Below are positions 12,270-23,400 of a stretch of 64,000 nucleotides of DNA, piece after piece (within the stretch, counting starts at the first letter, position 1; every line of letters starts with the position of its first letter). The stretch is from Felis catus (taxonomy: Eukaryota), in contig NC_058368.1 in assembly GCF_018350175.1 (NCBI RefSeq), forward strand, positions 187,366,001 through 187,430,000. The letters are read 5' to 3'. The notes beneath the pieces were generated by a model, which was not told where the DNA came from, searched no databases, and saw only the letters and a program-made list of their open reading frames with translations. Both the position numbers and the translations under genes were made by a program.

Positions 12270-13290
12270 AGTCCTTGAACACTCTTTCCTTGGCTTAAAT
12301 CACACAACATTCTCTTCATCTTTCTCCTACTTCTCCTTTATTTTCCTTGCTGCTTCGTGTCCTTGACATAGTTGATGTCTAGTCTTAGTCTTGGGATCTT
12401 CTGTCTTCTGACTTTATGTTCTCACCATATACATAGCAACCACTATTGTGAAGTTAAATATCATTTTTAACAGACAAATCTCCAATATAAATTCCCAGTC
12501 CAGACCTCTCTTCTGAATTCTAGATACATCTTTCTAGATACCAATCATCACCTCCACTAGGCATGTTAGGTCTGAGGAAACTGAGACCTCTATAATTTAA
12601 TTCATAATCCATCCTCTGTCAGCACCACCATCAAAGAAACTTGGGTCTCCTCCAGAGTTCTCTCAAATGCTACCCACATAGGACCAGGACAGACCCCTGG
12701 GAGTTATCCTTGATACCACTCACCACCTCATATCTGGCTTGTCACCAAGACCTGACAGTTTTGTCTTGTACCTATTTCTCATATCCATCTGCTCTATTTC
12801 TAATCTTTTTACCCCAAATTACTTCAGTAGTCTCCTATTGGGTTTGCTCTAACCTATTATTATTGTGTCAAAGTGTAATCGTGTCATCCACGTATGTCCC
12901 TCCCGAGGGCTTCCCAAGGTCATCACAATAAAGCACAAAAACCAAGATATGGCCCCCAGACCTTGCCTGCTCTGGCCTAACCAACACCTTCTGTGTCATA
13001 TTTCCACACTCTGTCCTCACTATCCATACTTCAGCCATCATGCTCAGGATTTTGTTCTCTCACCCCCTCTTTGCCTGGCTACCTCCTATGCATCTCTCAG
13101 TCCTCAAATGTTTCCTTCTCAAGGAAGGTCTCTCAAACTAGATCAGGTGTTTGACACTCTCTGTGCTCTCTGCATTTAGAAGTCTACTTACGTGCTACAT
13201 GAGAGCAAGAACCTTGTCTTGTTCACACTTTAATCCCTTGGGGCCTGGCCCATTGTAGGGACTCTACAAATATTTGTTAAATAAATGGCT
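12270..13290 (+). mobile_element. L2 fragment
   Basis: tccagacctctcttctgaattctag, gagttatccttga, and a 3' end actctacaaatatttgttaaataaatg. Confidence 0.65.
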
Positions 13291-14074
13291 GGAAGAAGGA
13301 AAGTGATAGCTTGGAGGAAAGGCTTAAACTGAGAAAATTCAAATTTCCAAGCAAGAAAGTATTTCCTGAAACATATATATGGTCACCAGTACTGCCTCAC
13401 TGGGTGAGAAGAGAAAGAATGAGGGAAAGTTTATCTGATTCCATGGAAACTACTGTTGTCTTCAGAAACCCTTTGGCCACTGTAATGTCACCCTAAAGTT
13501 TTTAGACAATAGTGGAAGGATGGAGTCTTTCTATAAGGCTTTAGAAATAAAAACTTTTAAAGGATTATTTTTGGAAAAGATCACAGGTATCCTGAGCAAC
13601 TGAATTACACTTTAGGTTAAGAAACTGACACCAAAAGAGGGAACATGAATTGCCCAATATCACAAAATGATGTAATGGTGTGATTTTTTCTCCATATACC
13701 ACATGGTTTTATTCACCTTCTCATTCCTTTTTTCCCTAAACTTAGATTCTAAACACAGATGGAGACTCCCAAATCCAGAGTCCACTACCTTCAACTTGGC
13801 AGGAGGAAAGAAACACCTGAGTTAACCATTCAGGGAGGTCAATTAACTTCTCTGGAAATCTTGGGAAACCCTTATCACTTAGGGACTCAGTTTCTTCATC
13901 TAGCAAATAGTGATAATATAGTGATGCTGTCAAGTCAACCCACAGATTCAGGGAAAGAATATGTATTTAGAAACTACTTAAACATTAATAAGTTAGGCAA
14001 AGCATTGACATTACAAAGGAAGTACATTTTCCTGATTTAGAATTGCCCAGAAATAGAATGCACCACCTTGTACA

Positions 14075-14298
14075 TGGTGGATAAAAGCCTTGGGATCCAG
14101 AGTGCTTGGTTCTGATCACCACTCCATCACTGTGTGGCTCCCCTGGACAAATCACTAATCTCTTGGTGCCTCAGTTTCCTCATCTGTACATACAGAGAAA
14201 CGAAAGTACAACTTCATGGGATTGTTGGAAGAATGAAGTAAGTTAACGCCTAAATCACTTAGGATAGCCCTGGTAGATAATAAATGTTAGCTATTATA
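14075..14298 (+). mobile_element. MIR
   Basis: MIR core tgcctcagtttcctcatctgta...gggattgttggaagaatgaag...taaatgttagctattat. Confidence 0.85.
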
Positions 14299-14479
14299 TT
14301 TTGTTATTGTTGAACTCCCCAATTCCAGAGATGCCTAGACATAGATTTGATAGCCAACAGGAGTGTAACAAAGAGGATCTTGCCCTGTGTGGGGAGTTAG
14401 ATTCTAAGGTCCTTTTCAATGCTGAAATTCAAGAAGTCAACAAAAATCAACAAGCCTTTATTCTTTTATTTCATACCAG

Positions 14480-14717
14480 GTACTTTTTCCTATCTCTACA
14501 AGGGACTTATGGGAAGTCTCTGATCTTAAAAGCTCAGAAAATCGACAAACTCCCCATGGACAAAAGAGATCTAGAAATCCAGAGTTGGAGAAACAGACAG
14601 AGGCCTGCCCCCATTCCTGAAGAGGCTCAGCATACCCACCATCCAGTGCCACCTGTCCCAGAACAGGACTTCAGAGCCAACAGCCCAAAGAGCTCTAGCC
14701 CTTCCAAGTACAAGTGA
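14480..14717 (+). CDS. ATP10B: ATP10B terminal coding exon: (R)[25 protein letters not shown]...KSSSPSKYK*
   Basis: Acceptor tttcataccAG ending 14479. The phase-2 junction rebuilds AGG (Arg). The peptide matches the recalled ATP10B cytosolic tail. TGA at 14715-14717. Confidence 0.93.
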
Positions 14718-14938
14718 AAGAAGAACTGGGTGCTGCATGGAGAGAAATGCAGTAGAGACCATCTGAGGGATGACCCATGCCCAGAGGACTCCTCAGCTAA
14801 ACTCTAATCCAGGGAATACCTTCTTCTGGGTCTAGTAGGACAATGGCTTCTGGAACCTACTCAAGTGGACAGATTGCTGAGTACTGGCCCTCAAGCAGGA
14901 GCAGTCATCGCTGATCCCAGAGTTCACTGACCATATGA
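14718..14938 (+). pseudogene. ATP10B: Decayed former coding tail of ATP10B, now in the 3' UTR
   Basis: After the stop the frame reads KKNWVLHGEKCSRDHLRDDPCPEDSSAKL*SREYLL. After a frameshift it reads ...SSRSSHR*SQSSLTI*, resembling the recalled human ending VLHEQRC...RDDSCSGDSSAQLSSGEHLL...RSSHRRSQSSLTI. Confidence 0.85.
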
Positions 14939-16907
14939 ATAGCCTGCAGAAATCTGTATAAACTCAGAGGAAACCACCCAATCAATGGCCTAATTAACCC
15001 ATGACTCTTCCTTTTCATGGAGGAAAGGATGTGTCATTCTTGTTCTTTTCTCCTGACCAGGTTTGACTTCCTTGAAGAAAGTGCTGGCCCCAAGGGCTTT
15101 GACATAAAAAGACTGGAAACCAGTCACCCTCTACCTTTCTCCTGCTGCCAGGTAGCAGATCATGCAAACAGAATTTTTATAAGGAAGGTATGTTTCTCAT
15201 GCATTGAGTTTTAATTTTTTTTTAGCCCAGAGACATTCTTGTGGCCCTTTAGATAAGTATAGCCAGTGGCCAATGCAACTAGGCCATACTTTTCCAATAT
15301 TCTAAGAGATATATCTACCCAGGCAATTTCTCAAGGTATGGAAGTTTCTGGGCTTGTCAAGCCCAGACACATCACCTTGTTGTGCCAAGAATTAAAGTTT
15401 CAAAAGAAACCCATACACACAGGTACTTTATCTTGAGTATATGAATTCTTGAGTATATGAATTCTTTCATTCATCAAGAATTGGGTTGTTTTTGTCTCTA
15501 ACCCAAAGAAAACCATATCTAAAGATTAAAACTAGATTTTAACTCAGTGTCACAGAGACTTTTGAGAATTATAGGTCCACAGCTAGTGTAAGAGGCAGAA
15601 GGAACATGCTAAAGCAAATGGGTGCACTGGAAACCCCAAGCTTTAGCTAATAGACCATATGTCCACAATCTGTACCAAGAGGATAGGAGCAGTATTCTTT
15701 TTTAAAGCTATTTATTCATTTTTCAAATACAAGTACACATCCTCATTCAGCTCTAAGATTGGTAGACTTTAATACATCTGCACCCGGAATAGTATGTATG
15801 ACAGCAACACTGAGCCCAAATAATTACACCTTAAAGACCTGGAAGACACCGACCCATGCTTCAGTTATTTTAGGGAGAATCAGAGTAAGTCTCACTGTAG
15901 AGGTAAAAGGATTACACAACTTCTTATCCATAGAGTTATAAGTGCCAAAATGTAAAAGAACTCAAAAAAGTATTGAAATTTTAAAAATGGCTGATAGAAT
16001 TCTAAGAGGCTATCAAGAGAATTAAGGTATACTATGGGCAAGTATAGCCTGTCCCTAGTTGTTAAGATAAGCCAGAGAAGGCTACTGAACCCTCTCCTCT
16101 TTAGGATAGTACCTATATATTCAGCAAAATCCCTGTATATTAGGGATGGATGCAATGTTGTGATAAGTCTTTGAGCCTAAGAGTCATAGCACCCCGCACA
16201 CACAAGTTGACTTAACACTTGAGTAACTTTTCAGCAAAGATGAACAAAAAGATCTCAACAATCAAGTTAGCAAATGGCAAACTGAGCTCATCCACTGACC
16301 ATTCTGCTAACAAACCTAACTGGAGGGACCATTTGAAGCATTATCCTGGAGTCAGTATGCTGTATCTGTTTTACTGACTGTGCCACATGATGTTACTAAT
16401 AATGGCCAACAGGAGAATCCTACATGGAGATTGTTAGAGAGGCAAAGCAGTAATGATATGAATTGTTCCAAATGAGAAGATTGAGCCAAAACTTGGATCT
16501 CAAGGTCCTCCCTTTCCCCCATTTGATTCCTGCCCACTCCTGCAAGCCATATTGAGACAGGTGGGATGTTTCAGAGAGGAAGAGAATAGTGGAAAGAAAA
16601 CTGGTGTCAGGAAATCTGGATTGAGTCACTGCTAATGTACTCTCTAGGAGCCAGGAGCCTTGAAACAAGATGCCACACCTGCAAATTAGGTTAGAACTGC
16701 CCTACCTCCTGGACTTGGCCTAAGGATCAAGTCAAAATTACAGAAGGGACGTGAAAACCCTTTGAAAGTTGTGACATCCTCAACAATAACACAGGAATTT
16801 TTATTTCAGAGCTAAGAGGAAACAAGGTAATAGGAAAGTCACGCAGATGTCAGACCACTGTACCTAAATGCCAAGCCATACCCAACATTGTGATGTCGCA
16901 CTCTTTC

Positions 16908-17002
16908 TTGCATGACCAACCATCCCAGTTTGCCTGGGGTTTTCCAAGTCTTATACTGAAAATTTCCTTAGTCCTGGGCCACCTGAGATAGCTTATTACC
17001 TA
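16908..17002. mobile_element. MER81-like hAT MITE remnant in the 3' UTR
   Basis: tgaccaaccatcccagtttgcctggg...actgaaa...ttagtcctgggc...ttattaccta resembles the recalled MER81 consensus. Confidence 0.55.
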
Positions 17003-17173
17003 CTCTTGCCCCCCTTTGAAACCAAAGCAACTGTGACCACCCAACATGCCATTTAGGGGAAAAGGTTATAATTTTTCCTATAACATTATGCTAATGACTG
17101 TACTTAGTAATTTTTATACTTTTTCTTTTACTGGTTGACTGGAAATGTGCTATTCTTTATTAGAAAAAAAAGA

Positions 17174-17179
17174 AATAAA
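17174..17179 (+). terminator. Probable ATP10B polyadenylation signal AATAAA
   Basis: Canonical hexamer with U-rich sequence and a TGTA element upstream and CA dinucleotides ~11-14 nt downstream. Confidence 0.65.
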
Positions 17180-17574
17180 TATTGTTTTTCACAATTGCCG
17201 GAAGTTCTGGGCACCATCTCATTTGTTCACCCATCCTTCTTCACACTCATTTATTCTAGTCATCTGTCCATCCATTTATCTATCCAATAAACTTCTGTTA
17301 AGCCCCTACTAGATGCCTTGTGATGTGCTAGGGGCTGTGAGTTTAAGACAGAGACTCAGTCTTAAGACTCAGTCTTAAACTCACACTTTGTCAGACAAAC
17401 TATCAGGAACATATTTGATCCAACATGAGAGTGTGACACAAACCAAAATGGCTGTAGGAATTAGAAGCAGCAGCACAGAGAGTCTCCTCTGTCTGAAACT
17501 CTAACCTGGCTACTCTCCTCTTGCTGGAATCCTGACACTAGGCTCAATTCCCGATTGATACAGGTGCCTCTTTT

Positions 17575-17850
17575 CAGTCACTCATTCAGAAAATATCGAG
17601 TGCCTGCTATACACAGCACCGTATTAGGCAGCAAGGATAAAATAGGAAACAAAACAGGGCCATCTCCTCCCCTCAAGGAATTTACAACCTAAAAGGGAAG
17701 AGAGGCAATAATCAAGTAAATAAATAGGATCATTGTACTCCATGAGGAGAAAGAAGAATGGAGAAGAAGGGACGGGGTGGTTCCCAGGGTGATCAGGAAA
17801 AGGTCTTCCCATGGAGGGGAGGAGAGGAGACTTCAACCATGAAAATAAGA
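17575..17850 (-). mobile_element. L2 3' fragment, antisense
   Basis: tcactcattcagaaaatatcgagtgcctgctat...cctcaaggaatttaca...gatcaggaaaaggtct. Confidence 0.6.
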
Positions 17851-18106
17851 CCGGGCCACTCCAAATGGAGAGAATTAATTACAAAAGTCCTAAAAAGGAC
17901 AAGTTTGGTATACAGAAGGAGGAGGAGGAGGAAAAAAAAGGAAAGGTCAGCATGACTAGAACACAAGTAAAAAAGAGATAGTGACCCTGTGATAATGCTT
18001 ATAGTAACAACTGTACTAGCTCACTGTGTGCTACACACTAGACTAAGTGCATATCATCATGTAAACCTCAAAGCAGCCCTCTGAGATAGGGACTGTTATT
18101 TTCTAC

Positions 18107-18462
18107 TATTTCAGTTAGTTTCTGTGACATAACAAACCACTCCCCTTCCCTGCAAAATTTAGTGGACTAATACAATTACTTATGTTCTCACAATTCTATT
18201 TGAGGTGGGATGGCTGGGATCTCCCATCCTTAAAATCATCAACCAACAGTGTCACATGTCAACAATGTTCTGGGAGTGAGAACATAATCTACAAAGCCTC
18301 TTGAGACCTAGGCTCAGAACTCACACATCATCAGTGCTGCTGATTTGTATTCTATCAAACAAATCATAAGGCCAGCCCAGTTTCAAGGGGTTGGGAAAAT
18401 TTATCCTCTACCTTTAATGATAGGATCTACAAAGAAATTTGAGGTCATTTGCAATCCATCAC
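18107..18462 (-). mobile_element. MLT1-type MaLR solo LTR
   Basis: tcagttagtttctgtgacataacaaaccactccc...aaatttagtgg...aaggccagcccagtttcaagggg...caatccatcaca. Confidence 0.65.
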
Positions 18463-18949
18463 ATTACATTCGATTACAAAAGGAGAAACTGAGGTAAAGT
18501 CAAGTTACATAAATAGGACACAGTCTCACAACCAGTGGGGAGGCAGCATTCAAGAGTCTGAAACCAGAGCCTATACTCCTAGCCACAAAGCTACACAACT
18601 ACAAGATGGGGCTGAAGGGGCAGATAGGAACCAGATGACAGAGGGTCTGGTTTTTTCCATTCTCCTGAGAGGCAAGGTAGTTCAGTAGTTAGTTAGCTAG
18701 AATTCCACCACAACTCTGTCACAGACTGGCAATGTGACCTGAAGAAAGACCACACCATGTTCAGCTGGATTGAGCACCCACACAAAAGTCTCAGAAAATA
18801 CTAATAGCTAAGAAGAACTATAACTCATGCCTGCACATCCCTAAAATATCTTCCAGTGAGCTGATCACCTAGCCAGAACTTTCCATCCTGCACTGAGAGT
18901 CCTAGGAGAAATCAATCATACAGGAGCAAATTCTCCCAGGAAATTAGAG

Positions 18950-18950
<1 letters not shown>

Positions 18951-18996
<46 letters not shown>
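18951..18996. repeat. (AC)23 microsatellite
   Basis: Perfect dinucleotide run. Confidence 0.97.
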
Positions 18997-18999
<3 letters not shown>

Positions 19000-19042
19000 C
19001 CTCTAACCCAGGCAGGATTTCACTGATAAGGAAGGTGGGGAT

Positions 19043-19245
19043 GGGGTGTCTGGGTGGCTCAATGATTAAGCATCAGACTCTTGGTTTTGTGTCAGGTCAT
19101 GATCTCACGGTTAGTAAGTTAGAGCCCCTTGTCGAGCTCTGACAGCACAGAGCCTACTTGGGATTCTCTCTCTCCCTCTCTGCCCCTCCCTGCTCATTTG
19201 CACTCTCTCTCTCTCTCTCTCAAAAATAAACTTAAAAAAAAAAAA
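19043..19245 (+). mobile_element. Can-SINE
   Basis: SINE head, (CT)n tract and poly(A). Degenerate TSD aaggaaggtgggga / aagaagaatgggga. Confidence 0.92.
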
Positions 19246-20286
19246 GAAGAAGAATGGGGATTGTGAGCTGGGGCATGTAGGCCTTTTGAGAGCACTACAG
19301 AAGGAATCTTGCCCATCCCAACTTTAGGCCTCCCACAAGGAGGATCTGGGCATTGTCAGACAGGAGCTGAGACAAGAGCCTTTTTGTTCAAAGGCGTTCT
19401 GGTGCCACCTAGCATCAGTGGAGGAGCTGCCGCTTCTGAGGACTCTTCTGTAGCTAGAGCAAGGTAAACAAGACAGAAGAGAACTGAGCCAGGAACCGGG
19501 AGCCTAGATTTTAAGTCCACTCTGCCAGTGGTATCCACTGTGACTCTGGACAAATCCCTTCACCAGGTTTCAACCTCAAACTAAGGTTCTCTTGGTTTTT
19601 CTCAAATGCTCAAGGTAGGAACAGGACTGATTCTAACGTTCTGTGGTTCTAAGAGCTATTTGGGGGAGATTACAGTGCAGGAATGCCCCTGTGCAATCAA
19701 AGCCTTTAGTTTAGTATCTGTGCAGCTGTCTGATTCTCTGTCATGCACACACATGGTGGAAGATCCCATGAGGGAGAGACCCTGCAATATTGTTCTCTGC
19801 TATGTTCCAACTGCTTAGCAAATGGCAGGGTTCAACAATGTTGTGAGTCTTGCTGTTGAAGAAACTCATTGATGGGGTCTGGTCTCGGAGTATAGCAGGC
19901 AGGAGAAGAGCAACACTATTTGAGAAGATAATGAACCCCCTAAGCCTTTTTGAGGTCCCTCGTTGCCTTTTTCACCTCAGTGAATAGTAAGCGGCAAATA
20001 CCTAAAGCAGGTCCAGGACAGCCACTATCTCCAGCTGTCATGAGGGAAACCAGAGCTAGGACACCTCTTTCCCTCAAACAGGCCATAGGCTCACTCAAGG
20101 CGCTGAGGAGTCTAAGTAGTGGGGAAGAGCAGATTTAGTCTCCTATGACCTCCATCAATACCTCCACCTCCCCTTAAACACAGCTGCTTTCTCTATAAAT
20201 AAAGCACCAAGTTGAGTTTCCAGTAGCCCCTTCCATGCATATCACGGCCCCTAAGCCCCTCCTCTGCTGATATTTAAACTATCACT

Positions 20287-20473
20287 GGGCTCCTGGGTAG
20301 CTCAGTCAGGTACACATCTGATTCTTGATTTCAGCTCACACAATGATCTCCTGTTTCACAGATTCAAGCCCAGCTTCAGTCCCCATGCTGTCAGTGCAGG
20401 GGATTTTCTGCTTGGGATTCTGTCTCTGCCCCTCCTCCACTTGTGCTCTCTCTTAAAATAAACTTAAAAAAAA
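20287..20473 (+). mobile_element. Can-SINE
   Basis: gggctcctgggtagctcagt head and A-tail. TSD ttaaactatcac / ttaaactgccac. Confidence 0.9.
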
Positions 20474-23400
20474 TTAAACTGCCACCATTTTTGCCCTCTC
20501 AGTCTGTCTTCAAGAGAAGCCAGCCCCTCAGAGGTCAGGCCTGAGGGAAGAGAAGCCCAGGCATCTCAAGAACCAAGACCACCTGGGAGGTGACATTATC
20601 CTCAGTGCCTGCCTTCAAACCCAGTTCAACAAAGGGAAGCTGGCTGACCAGACACTTAACTGAACTTTAAGGAAAAATGTTTTTCCCCCAGTATTATAGG
20701 CTTTTCCTACCCCAACTAACCTCTATCCCACAAGATGTAATGAAAGATATTCCTGCAGATGCAGATGACAAAACTCAGATAACAGATATGAGTCCAAGGA
20801 TTACCAGGTAATTTAAAATTAGAACTGAAACTGGAATTGGGGTCTCCTAACCATTCAGTGAGGGCTTTTCAACTATCTTGTCAGCCAGAGATTAACTGGC
20901 AATCCTTTCCAGGGCTGATTGGACATTTAAACATCAGAATATTAATGAAAAGGAGTAAAATTTTCAAAATATCAGGCCACATGGCAGGTGAGTCAGGGTA
21001 GACCTGTTTAACCATGGAATCCTTCCGGAACTCCTCATATCACCCTCTTTGCCAATGGGCAGCCTAGGGTTGAAGAAGGGGATTATACCAGTAAGCCAAA
21101 TTCTCTTCTCCCATCTGCAGGGGCAGAAATGAATTCTGAAGCCCCACCAACTGCTGCTTCTGAGCCTCTGATTCTGCCTTCAAAACAACCCACCTTTTTC
21201 TGAAGAAAGAAGGGAAAGAAAAGAGAGGGAAAAAAAGAAAAAGAAAAGAAAGAGGGAAGGAAGGACTGTATTATGCTTTTGTCCCTTTTACAAAAACAAA
21301 TGTTTAAAAGAAACATCCTATTGCTTTCCCCATTTGTAACAGACCGGTATGTTGGGCAGTGAGAGCTCTCTTTCAAGAGGGAAGTACAAGAACCTAGGGC
21401 AGCTTAACATTTGCTATGCTTCTAGACAACCATTTCTCTTTTTAAAGAGCAAGGAACCAAAGAGGCAATGCAAGGCCCAGATAAGAGGGTGAACTTGCCA
21501 GAGGATGAGAATCACCTCTGCTATCCTCAGATAGCTCATGAGCTTGCCCCAGGTGGCTGAAAGACAGTAATTTAGAAGATACATTCTATGTTGAAAATAA
21601 AACTTATAGGATACCCTTAACAGGTGCTTTTACCAAATAGACCCATTCAATCAATTGGTTCTGGATAATCAGAGGATGTCTTTCAGGCCATGGTCTTAAT
21701 ATCATGACCTAATGTGAGATTTTGGTAACTCATCTATTTTAACAGCAGTTTGGGGTACTTCATCACAAAGAATAAGCAGGATTTCAGGCAGGGTGGCAGG
21801 CCAGAGCAGAGGGGTAGGGGATATACACCTTTGACCAGAAGACCCTTTCTTTAGAAATCCCTTGCTTCACCCCCTGGAAGTGATGGCCTACACATCAGAC
21901 AGCTCTTGCAATAGGACAAACAGAGAATATACCTCCTTTTTTTGTCCCCTGCAAATGCTAATGTGTTTTTCCACTTGGTTTCCTTGTTCCATTATATAGA
22001 GAAGCAAAATGATGTTTGATAACTTACCCAAAGTCAACAGGCAAATTTGTGGCTGAGAGCAGAAATTCAACTCCAAGTTGCCCAACTTCAGGGCCCAAAA
22101 TATTAACCACTAGGCTACCTACTTACATAGAATAGAAAAGAGCCCTGACTGAATTTAGAGTTGGGAGATCCAGAGCCCCAAATCTACAAGTTTCTTATTG
22201 TGAAGGTTTTCTTCCCCTTTCTTTCTCCATCTGTAAAATTAGGGGATTGGTCAGAGACTTCTAAGGACCCCAGATTTTTCTGAATTCATGATTCTCACCT
22301 GTAAGAACACATACTCCGTTTCTCGTAAATGCCCTTGAAGCTTTCACTCAACCTATCAATAAGAAATCTTTTTTCAAGTAGATGTGTCAGAAACCAGACT
22401 AATCACCTCTTGTAAAGGATAATTAAAGGCACTAGTAAGTCAACTGAAGACCTGCTGACTGGCTAAGCAAATCACAAATACAGCTTGGGGATGGTGAGCA
22501 GGAGGAGTAAGCAGGTGTTAGGGAAGAAATCTTAAGGATATTAAGATAAACCCCAAAGGAAATAAGAGTTGTGTGCTCTACTTATGCCCCAGTTCCTGAG
22601 CCAAGTATACACTGGACTTCCATTACTTGGCCCTGATCTACCTTGCCAGGCTCAGAGCCCATGTTCAAGGAAACATAATTGCTCCCATTATATAACTACA
22701 TTTTATACTTTCCCACCTCTGTGCCTTTGGTTTGAGCCATCTCCTCTACCTAAAATGCCTGCTCAAAGCCTGAATCTCGAATATAGCCCTCTACAGACCA
22801 CTTCTTCCATAAAGCTATCCCTAGTTGCTGACCTCCCAAAGCTCTCTGCACATCACTTACAGAACTCAATACAGACACATCTAGTTACTCAGATCTTTTT
22901 CTTTCTTCCTTTTTTAAATCATTCCTTCTAGAATGACAGAGCCTGAAGTAACAGGTCCTAAATGATTCATCCTAGGGCTAGACCAAGGCTTGGCCAATGA
23001 TAGTAGGGGACTAGCTCATAAGAATGTTCTTAAGAAAAAAAAAATGTTTTCTCATCTACTCCTGACTACAAATCCAGGGGGCAGAGGTAGGGAGAGGCAT
23101 TTCATCTACCTCTCCCCATCCTAGGAGGTCTCTGCCTTGGCCTCCTCCTTCTTCTCTTCCTAAAGGCAACGACCAGAAGATGATACAATGGTCAATGTTC
23201 CAGGAAAATCAGTGGTTCTTGAGGGCCTAATATTAAAATGGTTCCAGATACATCCTTGGCTCTTCTCTCTCTTTAGTACTAGTCTGGGGAGAAGGAAGTA
23301 GAGCAATGGGAAACTGGAGGCCCACAGAGGAGAGACAAAGTGACTATTCATGTAAGATGCCCACATTCTTGTATTCTATGTCCATGACACCAAAATAGCA

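Larger units (their letters stand above)
14718..17195 (+). other. ATP10B: ATP10B 3' UTR (probable extent)
   Basis: Repeat-poor stretch after the stop, ending in a U/A-rich block with AATAAA at 17174-17179. The end point is inferred. Confidence 0.65.

Noticed and set aside
14301..14479. Upstream in-frame extension of the terminal exon (ORF track 14301-14717)
   Set aside because: A clear splice acceptor lies at 14479. The upstream part has no ATP10-like similarity and starts at a non-ATG codon.
15432..15465. 16-bp tandem duplication in the 3' UTR (similar small ones near 9016 and 17351)
   Set aside because: Ordinary slippage-type micro-duplications with no sign of function.
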